DNA from: Geoglobus sp. UBA235
Lineage (GTDB): Archaea; Halobacteriota; Archaeoglobi; Archaeoglobales; Archaeoglobaceae
NCBI GenBank assembly: GCA_002494725.1
Contig: DACG01000019.1
Span: forward strand, 19,407-83,406
DNA length: 64,000 nucleotides
Direction: 5' to 3'
Shown: piece after piece, positions 45,864 to 54,524 of the stretch
How the letters are laid out: the number at the start of each line of letters is the position of its first letter
Position numbering within the stretch: position 1 is the stretch's first letter
Notes under the pieces: generated by a model
Told to the model about the DNA's origin: nothing
The model's input: only the letters and a program-made list of their open reading frames with translations
Database searches by the model: none
Made by a program: the position numbers and the translations under genes

Positions 45864-47144
45864 TTAAACTTTTTCCCTAAGTTTGGCGGAAAAATCTGCT
45901 GAATAGAAGTGGATGTGGGTGTAACCTGCGAGAGTGTTGTGGGCCAGGGCACCATCGAATCCATCTCTTATCCCCTTACCATCTGTTTTAAAGGCAAACC
46001 TGACATCACCGTCTGGGACTGCATAGCTGTAGTGGAATTCATGACCTCTGAATCTGCTCTGGAAGAACGGATTCTCCCCTATCACCTCCCCCCTCACATA
46101 CCCAAGAGCCTGAAGCCTGTCCGTAAAGATCACATCAATGTCAAGCACACCGGCCATTTTCCTTTTTCTCTCCCGATTCTCAAGTTTCCTTGCGAGAACC
46201 ATCATTCCCCCGCACTCACCATATACCGGTTTCTCATCCAAGGCTTCCTTTTTGATGAACCTCAGGAATTCGGGAAACTCGTAGAGTTCAGGATACCCCC
46301 CGCCTATGTAGTACATATCACACTCAGCCCTCTCTCCCCTTAATGGAGAGAAGAACTCAAGCTTTCCAAACCTCTTCAGAATCTCAAGGTTGTCCCTGTA
46401 GTAAAATGAAAATGCCTGATCAAACGGAATTCCTATTTTAAAACCTCCATTATCCTCAAATTCCTCATCTATCTCCTGAAATTCATTCTGAATCTCACTT
46501 ATTTCCAGAATCCCATCGAGATCTATGTACTCCTCTGCAAGCTCTGCAAGGGCACCGACGTCTCTCTCCACCTCAAGTCCGAGATGAAGTCCAAGATGTC
46601 TGCTCTCTGTCTCAAGAACTGCTGATTTTGGTACAGCTCCAAAAACCCTGTACCCTCTCTCTTCAAAAACTCTCTTCAGCCTTAAATGAAACTCAGTTGC
46701 GTTGTTGAATATCACACCGGCAACCCTGATGTTTCTGTCAAAGCTTCTGAAACCTTCAAACACTGCAAGGGCTGAAAGAGACATTGCTCTAACGTTCATA
46801 ACAAGAATGACGGGCAGGTTTAGAATTCTTGCAATGTGGGCTGTGGATGAGAATGTGGAAAGCCTATATCCATCAAAAAGCCCCATAACTCCTTCGATTA
46901 TTCCGGCATCTTTCCCTTTCATCCACTTTGAAAAGGATCTTCTCACACCCTTCTCACCCATCATGAAAGCATCGAGATTGACAGCCCATTCACAGAATGA
47001 GTAATGGGATGGATCTATGAAGTCAGGTCCAACTTTAAAGGGCTGAACCTTGAGATTTCTTTTCATTAATGCTGCGGTAATAGCGAGAGATATGCTTGTC
47101 TTGCCAGTTCCGCTGTGAATTCCTGAGATGACAAATGCATACAT
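45864..47144 (-). CDS. cbiA: Cobyrinate a,c-diamide synthase
   Basis: It has the N-terminal P-loop ISGIHSGTGKTS and a C-terminal GATase region with ECGG. I chose the start at ATG 47144. Confidence 0.85.
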   Translation of the reverse strand: MYAFVISGIHSGTGKTSISLAITAALMKRNLKVQPFKVGPDFIDPSHYSFCEWAVNLDAFMMGEKGVRRSFSKWMKGKDAGIIEGVMGLFDGYRLSTFSSTAHIARILNLPVILVMNVRAMSLSALAVFEGFRSFDRNIRVAGVIFNNATEFHLRLKRVFEERGYRVFGAVPKSAVLETESRHLGLHLGLEVERDVGALAELAEEYIDLDGILEISEIQNEFQEIDEEFEDNGGFKIGIPFDQAFSFYYRDNLEILKRFGKLEFFSPLRGERAECDMYYIGGGYPELYEFPEFLRFIKKEALDEKPVYGECGGMMVLARKLENRERKRKMAGVLDIDVIFTDRLQALGYVRGEVIGENPFFQSRFRGHEFHYSYAVPDGDVRFAFKTDGKGIRDGFDGALAHNTLAGYTHIHFYSADFSAKLREKV

Positions 47145-47237
47145 GATGAGATTTTTCTCCATTTGATATTTAATCATTGATCTCTGTTTGAATGTGTGAT
47201 TCTAAAATTCCCAGAACTGAAAATTTTTTAATACAAT

Positions 47238-47249
47238 TACGTATACGTA
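47238..47249. promoter_or_regulatory. Perfect 12-bp palindrome TACGTATACGTA (candidate VapB operator)
   Basis: It lies between a TATA-like TTTTTTAATA and the vapB ATG, 6 nt upstream of the ATG. Confidence 0.4.
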
Positions 47250-47255
47250 TTAAAC

Positions 47256-47504
47256 ATGAAGGTTGTGCCTGTAAGGCTTGACGAAAGAAAACTGAGAGAC
47301 ATAGATCTTCTTGTAAAGGCTGGAATCTTCAAAAACAGAAGCGATGCTCTGAGAAAGATAATTGAAAGTGGTATGAAAGAAGTTGAATCTGAAATCGAGC
47401 ACCTCAGGAAGATTGATGAGATTGTCGATAGAATAATGGATTCCGAACTCAATTTTGATGGAATCCTGAGGGAATCCTTGGAAGAGGTGAGGGACAGGTG
47501 GTAG
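47256..47504 (+). CDS. vapB: RHH/CopG-type antitoxin (VapB-like)
   Basis: 82 aa. The N-terminus VVPVRLDERKLRDIDLLV..G.F.NRSDALRKII is RHH-like. It overlaps the PIN gene downstream. Confidence 0.7.
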   Translation: MKVVPVRLDERKLRDIDLLVKAGIFKNRSDALRKIIESGMKEVESEIEHLRKIDEIVDRIMDSELNFDGILRESLEEVRDRW

Positions 47505-47989
47505 TTTATATCGATACCAGTGTGATAGTGGCAGCTATTGATAAAGGTGACAGCAAAAATCAGGCTGCAGATAGATTTCTCTCAAGGGAAAGGGAAAAAA
47601 TAATTTCTCCTCTCGTTTTGGTTGAGATATTTTCAGTAGTTTCCAGAAACTATAACAGATTGATATCTAAATTTGATGTGAGAATCGATGAAAGAGACTT
47701 ACCTGCAGTAATAGCAAGACTGAGCATGAGAAAGTATAATCTGAATTTGATTCATCCCTTTGAAAAAGAGCTTACCATTTTCGGAAAAGTGCCAGCTGAA
47801 ATAAAGCTGGCGTTTACGCTCTCACATAAATTGAAATTAAGAACCCTTGATTTGCTCCATTTGAGTATCGCCTGGTGTCTTAAACTGAATGGGTACAGTA
47901 TTGACGGCTTTGCAACTTTTGACAATGAAATCTTGAAAAAAGCTGAGAAGGTGGAAAATCTAACAGACATCAGAGTGTTCGAACCCTGA
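47498..47989 (+). CDS. vapC: PIN-domain toxin (VapC-like)
   Basis: 163 aa with GTG start. It has the acidic residues in IDTS, LVEI, TLDLLH and TFDNE. Confidence 0.8.
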   Translation: MVVYIDTSVIVAAIDKGDSKNQAADRFLSREREKIISPLVLVEIFSVVSRNYNRLISKFDVRIDERDLPAVIARLSMRKYNLNLIHPFEKELTIFGKVPAEIKLAFTLSHKLKLRTLDLLHLSIAWCLKLNGYSIDGFATFDNEILKKAEKVENLTDIRVFEP

Positions 47990-48030
47990 ATAATTACAGA
48001 GAGAAAGTAATTTACCGGAAAATTAAACAC

Positions 48031-48180
48031 TCATCTTTCTGTGTTTTCTTTTTCCATAAGTCTTGTTACTGCATACTCAACAGCATGGCTTATGCTGGCA
48101 AATCTCTTCCTTGCAATCTCCTTTTCGATCCATCTGATAATTTCCTCATCCACTGTGATTGTCACTTTTCTTTTTTTCAT
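48031..48180 (-). CDS. Orphan RHH/CopG-family DNA-binding protein (49 aa)
   Basis: Not in the ORF track. My translation gives MKKRKVTITVDEEIIRWIEKEIARKRFASISHAVEYAVTRLMEKENTER. Confidence 0.6.
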   Translation of the reverse strand: MKKRKVTITVDEEIIRWIEKEIARKRFASISHAVEYAVTRLMEKENTER

Positions 48181-48258
48181 ATTATCCCACCCATTATACC
48201 CCATGGAAGTGCCAATAAATCAATTTCCCTGATTAGAAAGTGTTTTATACCATTTATT

Positions 48259-48271
48259 CGTATTGTATACG
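48259..48271. promoter_or_regulatory. Inverted repeat CGTAT-TGT-ATACG
   Basis: It lies in the 119-bp divergent region between the orphan RHH gene and the 96-aa Cys-protein gene. Confidence 0.3.
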
Positions 48272-48299
48272 TGAAAAGAAGAATATATAGGGTGATATA

Positions 48300-48590
48300 A
48301 TGGATCTTGAAGGTCTTGAAAAACAGTACAGGATGAATGCTGAAAAAGTCCTTCAAAATCCGGAGGTTTATGGAGACTCCATGGTGTCTCAGGCAACAAT
48401 TCTTTTACAGAGAAACATTGAAAAGGCTTTGAAAGTGCTTTCTAAAAGAAGTAAAGGCTGTGTAAGCTGCATTCATTCAAAACCTGATGAAAAAGATCCA
48501 GTTAATATTAAAGCAAGGCAGTGTGAGCTTGGTAAATCTTGGGATGGTGGTTGTAAGTTCTGGAAAAGCATCTTGGATTACAGAAATTGA
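48300..48590 (+). CDS. Hypothetical Cys-containing small protein
   Basis: 96 aa. It has CVSC...C...C (four Cys). I do not recognise the family. Confidence 0.4.
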   Translation: MDLEGLEKQYRMNAEKVLQNPEVYGDSMVSQATILLQRNIEKALKVLSKRSKGCVSCIHSKPDEKDPVNIKARQCELGKSWDGGCKFWKSILDYRN

Positions 48591-48636
48591 GCTGGCTAAA
48601 AATTCACGATGCTTACTGCTCAAAAGCTTTAACAGC

Positions 48637-49134
48637 TCATTCCTGATCAATTCTGCAGCACTCAGGGAGTTCTTCAGAAATTTCATTCTGTTTTTCAGTG
48701 TTATTTTTGTTTGAAACTACTTTTTCAAGCATTTTTTCAACAAATCCGACATAAAATTGCCTGCAACACCTACCAGATGGGTTTGTAATCATGCAATGAC
48801 CTCCGTTTCCTATCCCAGTTATCTCCTCAACCTCTTTAACACTTTTTGCCCCTTTCCTTATGGCTTCAATAACATCCTCCTCGGTAACCTGCTTGCAGTA
48901 ACACAATGGCTTTGGTGATCCTTTTTCCTTGAAGAAGACCTTTGTTTTTATCTCTTTTAATGTAAATACGGTTTTATCATCGAAATAAACAACACTACAC
49001 TCCGAATTGGGGCAGAAATGCATGTCATCGCTGAGCATGTGCCAGTATTCTGGATTTAGATGATTTCCTGCCGTTATCCTGTTAACCTTCAACCCCTCGG
49101 TTCCGCAAACACATCTCACTTCCGGCACCATCAC
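48637..49134 (-). CDS. BFD-like [2Fe-2S]/Zn-binding protein resembling the CopZ N-terminal domain
   Basis: 165 aa. It has CVCG...FCPNSEC at the N-terminus, then CYCKQVTEEDVIEAIRKGAKSVKEVEEITGIGNGGHC...GRCC, which is BFD-like. It has no HMA domain. Confidence 0.5.
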   Translation of the reverse strand: MMVPEVRCVCGTEGLKVNRITAGNHLNPEYWHMLSDDMHFCPNSECSVVYFDDKTVFTLKEIKTKVFFKEKGSPKPLCYCKQVTEEDVIEAIRKGAKSVKEVEEITGIGNGGHCMITNPSGRCCRQFYVGFVEKMLEKVVSNKNNTEKQNEISEELPECCRIDQE

Positions 49135-49168
49135 GGTTTATTTTTTAGATACCCATCTGTGTGACCCA

Positions 49169-49585
49169 TCATGTCCTGCTGAGCTCCTCTCTGAGCTTTT
49201 TTGCAAAATACCTGAGCTGGCCTTCAATCTGCATTCCTGCCATCGGGTTTATTATCGGTGCCATGCTTCCCAGACCCTCGACAGACAGTCTGACCTTTAT
49301 TTTGGTCCCCTCCTCACTTTCTTCAACCTCGAACACGCCTCTCCATAGAAGATGCTTTCCCTCAGCCTCCCACTCAATTGGATCCTGACTGAGAACTCTT
49401 GTCTCAAGCTCTTTTGTCTGGGTTATTGCTGACATGGGGGCCTTTACTCTCCATATTCTGCCATCCCGAGAAACGTCCCCAACAAACTTGAAGCATCTCC
49501 CGACAAATCCCATGTCTCTTATTCTGGATTTCACCTCATCAGCACTCACGGGAACTGTAAACTCCATCTCAGCCTCAGCCATCAT
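49169..49585 (-). CDS. SRPBCC/CoxG-like protein
   Basis: 138 aa. This call rests only on the length and a pattern consistent with the SRPBCC fold. Confidence 0.45.
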   Translation of the reverse strand: MMAEAEMEFTVPVSADEVKSRIRDMGFVGRCFKFVGDVSRDGRIWRVKAPMSAITQTKELETRVLSQDPIEWEAEGKHLLWRGVFEVEESEEGTKIKVRLSVEGLGSMAPIINPMAGMQIEGQLRYFAKKLREELSRT

Positions 49586-50727
49586 CCCACCTCAAGCAGC
49601 TTTCTGTCGAAATTGGTGAGGTGTGCAACTCTATCACCGACATGTATCGTGTCCTCGATCCTGAACCCCCCAGCTCCCTTTATTGAGAGAACAGAATGTC
49701 CCACTGAGAGAGTCATCCCTTTTGAAATTGTCTCTCTTAGATCTTCAGGGAATATGGTTGGGAATGGAGTCTCCTCAAAACCAAGCCCTATTCCATGGAC
49801 AAAACCCCTGACGTATAGCCCATTGTATCCCATGGCTTTCATGAATTCGCTGTTCTCTCTTTCAAGTTCCAGAACTGTAATCTCGTTCTTTTTCTCCTCT
49901 ATTCTCTCAATTACCCTCTCCTGCATTCTCAGATAAGCTTCATGAGCTCTTTTCTGTTCACTGCCTGCACTTCCGACGACAAATGTCCTTGTTATATCCG
50001 CACAGTAACCCTGGTAAACCGGGCCAATGTCAATCAGAACCACATCTCCCTTTTCGATTATTTTATCTGTTGCCATTCCGTGAAGCCACAGACTTCTCTC
50101 ACCGGAATTGACGAACATCGGAAATGAAAGCCTCTCAGCTCCTTTTTTTCTCACATAATACTCCACCTCAAGTGCAACATCCCTTTCACTGATACCGGGC
50201 TTTAAAAGATCTGCAGCTCTCTCCATGGCAATATCCGCCAGCTTTCCTGCTTTTTTCATCAATTCAATCTCATATCTGTCCTTGATCTTTCTGAGAGGAG
50301 ATACAATTTGCTTTGCATCCACAACCTCCACGTGCGGATTTGCCATTCTGAATCTTTCAATTAAGAATGCCGGAGTCGAGAACTCCATTTCAACCGCAAC
50401 AACGGGCGTATCCTTCTCCAGAGAGTTAAGAAAACTGATTACGGCTGAGAGCATTTCTGGGAGGGATCTGTATGTTTTTGCCTGCAACCCTGTCCTCCTT
50501 TCGACCTCCTCCCTTTCACTCTCAAATACGATGGGTGTTGGCTCATTTTCGGATGGAATGAGCATTCTTGGCTGCTTCCTAACATCTCCCGTGAAGTATC
50601 TGTAATTTTCAAGTGAGAGAATGAGCATCGCATCGACTTCATTCTCTCTCATCAATTCCTGGGCTCTCCTGATCCTTTTTCTGTAAACACTTCTCGGTAT
50701 GCTCATTCTGATAGAGGATACTGTCAA
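49582..50727 (-). CDS. M24-family Xaa-Pro peptidase
   Basis: 381 aa. It has a creatinase-like N-domain and metal ligands in DIGPVYQGYCADITR, HGIGL and EDT. Confidence 0.85.
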   Translation of the reverse strand: MTVSSIRMSIPRSVYRKRIRRAQELMRENEVDAMLILSLENYRYFTGDVRKQPRMLIPSENEPTPIVFESEREEVERRTGLQAKTYRSLPEMLSAVISFLNSLEKDTPVVAVEMEFSTPAFLIERFRMANPHVEVVDAKQIVSPLRKIKDRYEIELMKKAGKLADIAMERAADLLKPGISERDVALEVEYYVRKKGAERLSFPMFVNSGERSLWLHGMATDKIIEKGDVVLIDIGPVYQGYCADITRTFVVGSAGSEQKRAHEAYLRMQERVIERIEEKKNEITVLELERENSEFMKAMGYNGLYVRGFVHGIGLGFEETPFPTIFPEDLRETISKGMTLSVGHSVLSIKGAGGFRIEDTIHVGDRVAHLTNFDRKLLEVG

Positions 50728-50849
50728 GGACTTATTTTAAACTTCTCCCGAATAATGAGATCTTCTCAATAAAATTGTTATTTTTGAATGACTGTTAAAA
50801 CAGTATCTGGTGGATGAGCATCGAAAAATTTTTAAATGATATCAAATTT

Positions 50850-50868
50850 ACTTGACAAAAAGTCAAGT
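50850..50868 (+). promoter_or_regulatory. Inverted repeat / hairpin ACTTGAC-AAAAA-GTCAAGT before cbiM
   Basis: Perfect 7-bp arms immediately 5' of the GAGGTGG RBS of cbiM, about 20-30 nt downstream of a TATA-like TTTTTAAATG. Confidence 0.35.
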
Positions 50869-50879
50869 GAGGTGGTTTG

Positions 50880-51521
50880 GTGCACATAATGGAAGGCTTC
50901 CTCCCTCCTCTGTGGGCGACTTTCTGGTTTGCTGTATCCCTGCCTGCCATGGCATACGGTGCTGTGAGGGCTAAAAAGCTTATAAATGAGAATCCAAGAA
51001 ACAGAGCTCTTTTGGCGGTTGCAGGTGGATTCATTTTTGTTCTCTCCTCACTGAAAATCCCCTCACCTGTAACAGGCAGCTGCTCACACCCAACCGGAAC
51101 GGGAATATCAACAATGCTCTTTGGTCCCTCCGTAACCGCCTTTCTATCAGCCATAGTGCTGCTCTATCAGGCTCTTCTGCTTGCCCATGGAGGGATAACA
51201 ACCCTTGGAGCAAACACAGCATCAATGGGATTCATTGGACCTCTGGCAGGGTGGATTGTTTACAGGGGATTGAAGGACAGGGTAAGTATGAGGATGCTTG
51301 CTTTTGTTGTTGCAGTTGTTGCTGACTGGTTCACGTATGTTGTGACATCCATTCAGCTCGCTCTTGCTTTTCCGGGAGTGAGTTTTATCAAATCTGCCCT
51401 CACATTTATGGGCATATTTGCACTGACCCAGATTCCTGTCGCGGTTGTAGAGGGTATATTTGCGGCACTGCTCATCAGCTACATCGTCCAGACATCAGAG
51501 GATAGGCTGACACGGGGGTGA
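50880..51521 (+). CDS. cbiM: Cobalt ECF transporter S-component CbiM
   Basis: It starts MHIMEGFLP from GTG 50880, 4 nt after GAGGTGG. The track starts at TTG 50877. Confidence 0.9.
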   Translation: MHIMEGFLPPLWATFWFAVSLPAMAYGAVRAKKLINENPRNRALLAVAGGFIFVLSSLKIPSPVTGSCSHPTGTGISTMLFGPSVTAFLSAIVLLYQALLLAHGGITTLGANTASMGFIGPLAGWIVYRGLKDRVSMRMLAFVVAVVADWFTYVVTSIQLALAFPGVSFIKSALTFMGIFALTQIPVAVVEGIFAALLISYIVQTSEDRLTRG

Positions 51522-51525
51522 GAGC

Positions 51526-51795
51526 TTGAAGAATGCCATTTCAGTGTTGTTTTTGATCTCATGTCTTTTAATCACAAATGGAAACGCTGAAAGCTGGACT
51601 GGGGCTGACGAGAAGGCTGAAGAGGCGATAAAGCAGATTTCCCCTGACTATGAGCCATGGTTCTCGCCGGTATGGGAGCCACCGAGCGGTGAAATTGAGA
51701 GCCTTCTTTTCAGTCTGCAGTCTGCCATAGGAGCATTTGCAGTGGGTTATTTTGTGGGGAAAAGCAGAGCGAACAAACATGCATCGAACAATTGA
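51526..51795 (+). CDS. cbiN: Cobalt transport protein CbiN
   Basis: 89 aa, two TM segments. It has a GADEKAEE...PWF motif region, sits after cbiM, and has a TTG start. Confidence 0.8.
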   Translation: MKNAISVLFLISCLLITNGNAESWTGADEKAEEAIKQISPDYEPWFSPVWEPPSGEIESLLFSLQSAIGAFAVGYFVGKSRANKHASNN

Positions 51796-52492
51796 GGAAA
51801 TTCAGCTGAAATCTAAGAAAGTTGTTACGGGAGCGGCAAACGTTTACCTTGTGATGGTATCATTTATTCTCATTTACATCTTCAATTCAGTTTCCGTTTT
51901 TGCCATCACGCTCATGATGTTCTCCCTTCTATCCCTCCATTCATCCGGAATGGATTATCTGAGACTCATGAAGTTACCAGCACTTTTCATAATCCCGGCA
52001 CTGATGGTTATAGCCTTCATAACTCCGGGTGAAGAACTGTTCTGGATTTTTACAGAAGAAGGCGTGAACCTGGCTTTCAAAACCTTTTTCAGAACCTACG
52101 CATCTCTCTCCATTATGGTTTATCTGATTACAACAACTTCGGTACCTGAAATTCTTTTTGCACTGAAAAAGCTCAGACTTCCTGAGTTTGTGGTGGAGAT
52201 GATGTCCCTCATTTACAGAACAATTCAGATATTTCTGGATGAGCTAATCAGGCTTGAGAGATCTGCAGATTCAAGACTTGGATTTTCAGGGAAAAAGAAC
52301 ATGCTGAAAACCTCGGCTCTTCTCGCTCATTCCATGTTTGTGAAATCGATGGAGAGGGCTGAAAAGCTGAACATGGCAATGGAGTCAAGATGCTACAGTG
52401 GAAAAATTCCCGAGCCTTCAAGCAGCTCCTCGGGTGTTGGCTATGTCCTCCTCGTTGTAACTGTAATTGCTGCATCAGGGGTGATCCTTTGA
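51779..52492 (+). CDS. cbiQ: ECF transporter T-component CbiQ
   Basis: Multi-TM. The call also rests on its position between cbiN and cbiO. I chose the start at ATG 51779. Confidence 0.8.
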   Translation: MHRTIEEIQLKSKKVVTGAANVYLVMVSFILIYIFNSVSVFAITLMMFSLLSLHSSGMDYLRLMKLPALFIIPALMVIAFITPGEELFWIFTEEGVNLAFKTFFRTYASLSIMVYLITTTSVPEILFALKKLRLPEFVVEMMSLIYRTIQIFLDELIRLERSADSRLGFSGKKNMLKTSALLAHSMFVKSMERAEKLNMAMESRCYSGKIPEPSSSSSGVGYVLLVVTVIAASGVIL

Positions 52493-53541
52493 TAGAGCTG
52501 AGGGATGTTTGGTTCTCATACAATGACAGAGAGGTTCTGAAGGGTGTGAGCATGGAAGTCAGGAAGGAGGAGGTGGTGATACTCCTTGGAAGAAATGGTG
52601 CCGGGAAGTCGACCCTCTTAATGCATCTGAACGGTCTTTTGAGACCAGAGAAAGGGGAGGTTATTGTGAATGGCAATCCCGTCAGGTATGACAGAAAATC
52701 TCTGACAAAGCTCAGACGCCTTGTGGGATTTGTTTTTCAGAATCCGGATGACCAGATTGTTGCTCCAACAGTCTGGCAGGATGTGGTTTTCGGTCCTGAG
52801 AACACCGGAACAAGAGATGATGAAAAAATAAGGGAGATTTTAAGAAATCTCGGGTTGGAGGGATATGAGAACAGGCTGTGCAACTCTTTAAGTGGAGGGG
52901 AGAAAAAGAGGGTTGCAATTGCAGGGGTTCTTGCAATGGAGCCGGAATATGTTGTGATGGATGAGCCGACAGCAGGGGTTGATGGAGTGGGCATGAAGGA
53001 GATCGCATTCATAGTGAGAGAGCTGAGGGAAGAAGGTAAAGGAATGATCATCTCAACCCATGACCTTGACTTTGCGAAGGCAGTTGGAGACAGATTTCTG
53101 ATTCTTGATGGGGGAATGATAATTTACAATGACGCGTGGATAGATTACTCCCTTGCTGAAAGATGTGGCATAAGAACCTGGATGTCAGAGGGAGAGGTTG
53201 TGCTCGTTCCCCACGACTCTTGCCTGCCTGATGGTGACTTCGATTTTGTTGCGGTGATGGGAAGGAGTGCAAAGGAAAGACTTGAGAAGGAGGGAATTGA
53301 ACCTGATATAAATACAGCGGGAATGGAGAGGGCTTTTCTCAGAGCCATAGGGGGAGCGAGGGTAATGCTTGTGTGCTCAAGAAGTATGATGGATGTTGTC
53401 AGGAGGGAAGCAGCAACCTATCCTGTGAGGCTGAGACTTTATGAGAGGGAGGTTGATGAGTATGAAAGGGAAGGTGTTCATAATAGGGGCGGGTCCGGGA
53501 GATCCGGAGCTCATCACGCTGAAAGGACTGAAGGCCATTGA
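52489..53541 (+). CDS. cbiO: Cobalt ECF transporter ATPase CbiO with ~120-aa C-terminal extension
   Basis: The TTG start overlaps the cbiQ stop (TTGA). It has Walker A GRNGAGKST, signature LSGGEKK and Walker B VVMDEP. The ORF continues about 120 codons beyond the ABC core and overlaps cobA. Confidence 0.85.
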   Translation: MIELRDVWFSYNDREVLKGVSMEVRKEEVVILLGRNGAGKSTLLMHLNGLLRPEKGEVIVNGNPVRYDRKSLTKLRRLVGFVFQNPDDQIVAPTVWQDVVFGPENTGTRDDEKIREILRNLGLEGYENRLCNSLSGGEKKRVAIAGVLAMEPEYVVMDEPTAGVDGVGMKEIAFIVRELREEGKGMIISTHDLDFAKAVGDRFLILDGGMIIYNDAWIDYSLAERCGIRTWMSEGEVVLVPHDSCLPDGDFDFVAVMGRSAKERLEKEGIEPDINTAGMERAFLRAIGGARVMLVCSRSMMDVVRREAATYPVRLRLYEREVDEYEREGVHNRGGSGRSGAHHAERTEGH

Positions 53542-54160
53542 AAAATCCGAGATCATAATGCATGATGCCCTTGTTGACAGAAGGCTGTTTGAGATGATCA
53601 ACACTGAAGGGAAGGAAATAATTTTTGTCGGGAAGAGAAGAGGTGATGGAGATGGTGGAGAGAGGCAGAAGGAAATAAACAGCCTGATGCTGAAGTTCTC
53701 TCTTCAGGGGAAAAATGTTGCAAGGCTCAAGGGCGGAGACCCCGGAATTTTCGGGAGACTTGCAGATGAGATCAGGTTTCTGAAGGAGAACGGGATTCCT
53801 TACGAGGTCATTCCGGGAGTCAGCTCCTTCAATGGCGTGTCAAGTTACGCCGGCATACCTCTCACAAAAAAGGGAATAGCATCCCTCACACTTCTATCGG
53901 GCACAGAGGATCTGAACATTAATTCAATCCTGAACGGTACGTTTGTCGTGATGATGGCAAGGGAGACAGTTGAGAGTGTGGCAGAGAGGCTCATTGAAAT
54001 GGGAGTCAGTCCAGACAAGCCTGCTGTGGCCATAGAAAATGGAACCCTGGAAAATCAGAGGATTGTCAGTGGCACCTTAAAAGACATCCATGAAAGGATT
54101 GGGGATTTCTCAGGGCCAACTCTTTTCATTATTGGTGATGTTGCATCTCTGAAACCCTGA
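53456..54160 (+). CDS. cobA: Uroporphyrinogen-III C-methyltransferase (SUMT)
   Basis: It has [18 protein letters not shown] and [15 protein letters not shown] 53456 or 53462 follows GGGAGGT. Confidence 0.85.
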   Translation: MSMKGKVFIIGAGPGDPELITLKGLKAIEKSEIIMHDALVDRRLFEMINTEGKEIIFVGKRRGDGDGGERQKEINSLMLKFSLQGKNVARLKGGDPGIFGRLADEIRFLKENGIPYEVIPGVSSFNGVSSYAGIPLTKKGIASLTLLSGTEDLNINSILNGTFVVMMARETVESVAERLIEMGVSPDKPAVAIENGTLENQRIVSGTLKDIHERIGDFSGPTLFIIGDVASLKP

Positions 54161-54524
54161 AAACAGAGTTCAGAATTGCGTAGGTTACAAAAACATCTTC
54201 TCCTATGGGTTCACATATAACTATTCTCTTTCCATCAATTTCTGCCGTTTTAATACCCTCTCCCTCCTCGAGGCCGAAGAACGCTGGCAGATCTTTTGTA
54301 ACGTGGAGCCCGTTTGAGAGAAAAAGGGGAACCAAGTATATCACATCCGAGCTCATTCTCTTCACCGTCTGCAGTGGTGTTGGCTCCCTGTCTCCGGTGG
54401 CGTAGGCAATCTCAACCTCATCGAAAACACCAAAACCGTTTATTCTCTCTCTGTGAGTTTTCATGACCCTTGCGTAGTGAGGCAGTGGACTTCCGTGCCC
54501 CACTATCACGAGACCCCTTTTCAT
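54129..54524 (-). CDS. cbiX: Sirohydrochlorin cobaltochelatase, small form (CbiX-S)
   Basis: 131 aa. It has LVIVGHGS and [12 protein letters not shown]. Confidence 0.85.
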   Translation of the reverse strand: MKRGLVIVGHGSPLPHYARVMKTHRERINGFGVFDEVEIAYATGDREPTPLQTVKRMSSDVIYLVPLFLSNGLHVTKDLPAFFGLEEGEGIKTAEIDGKRIVICEPIGEDVFVTYAILNSVFRVSEMQHHQ

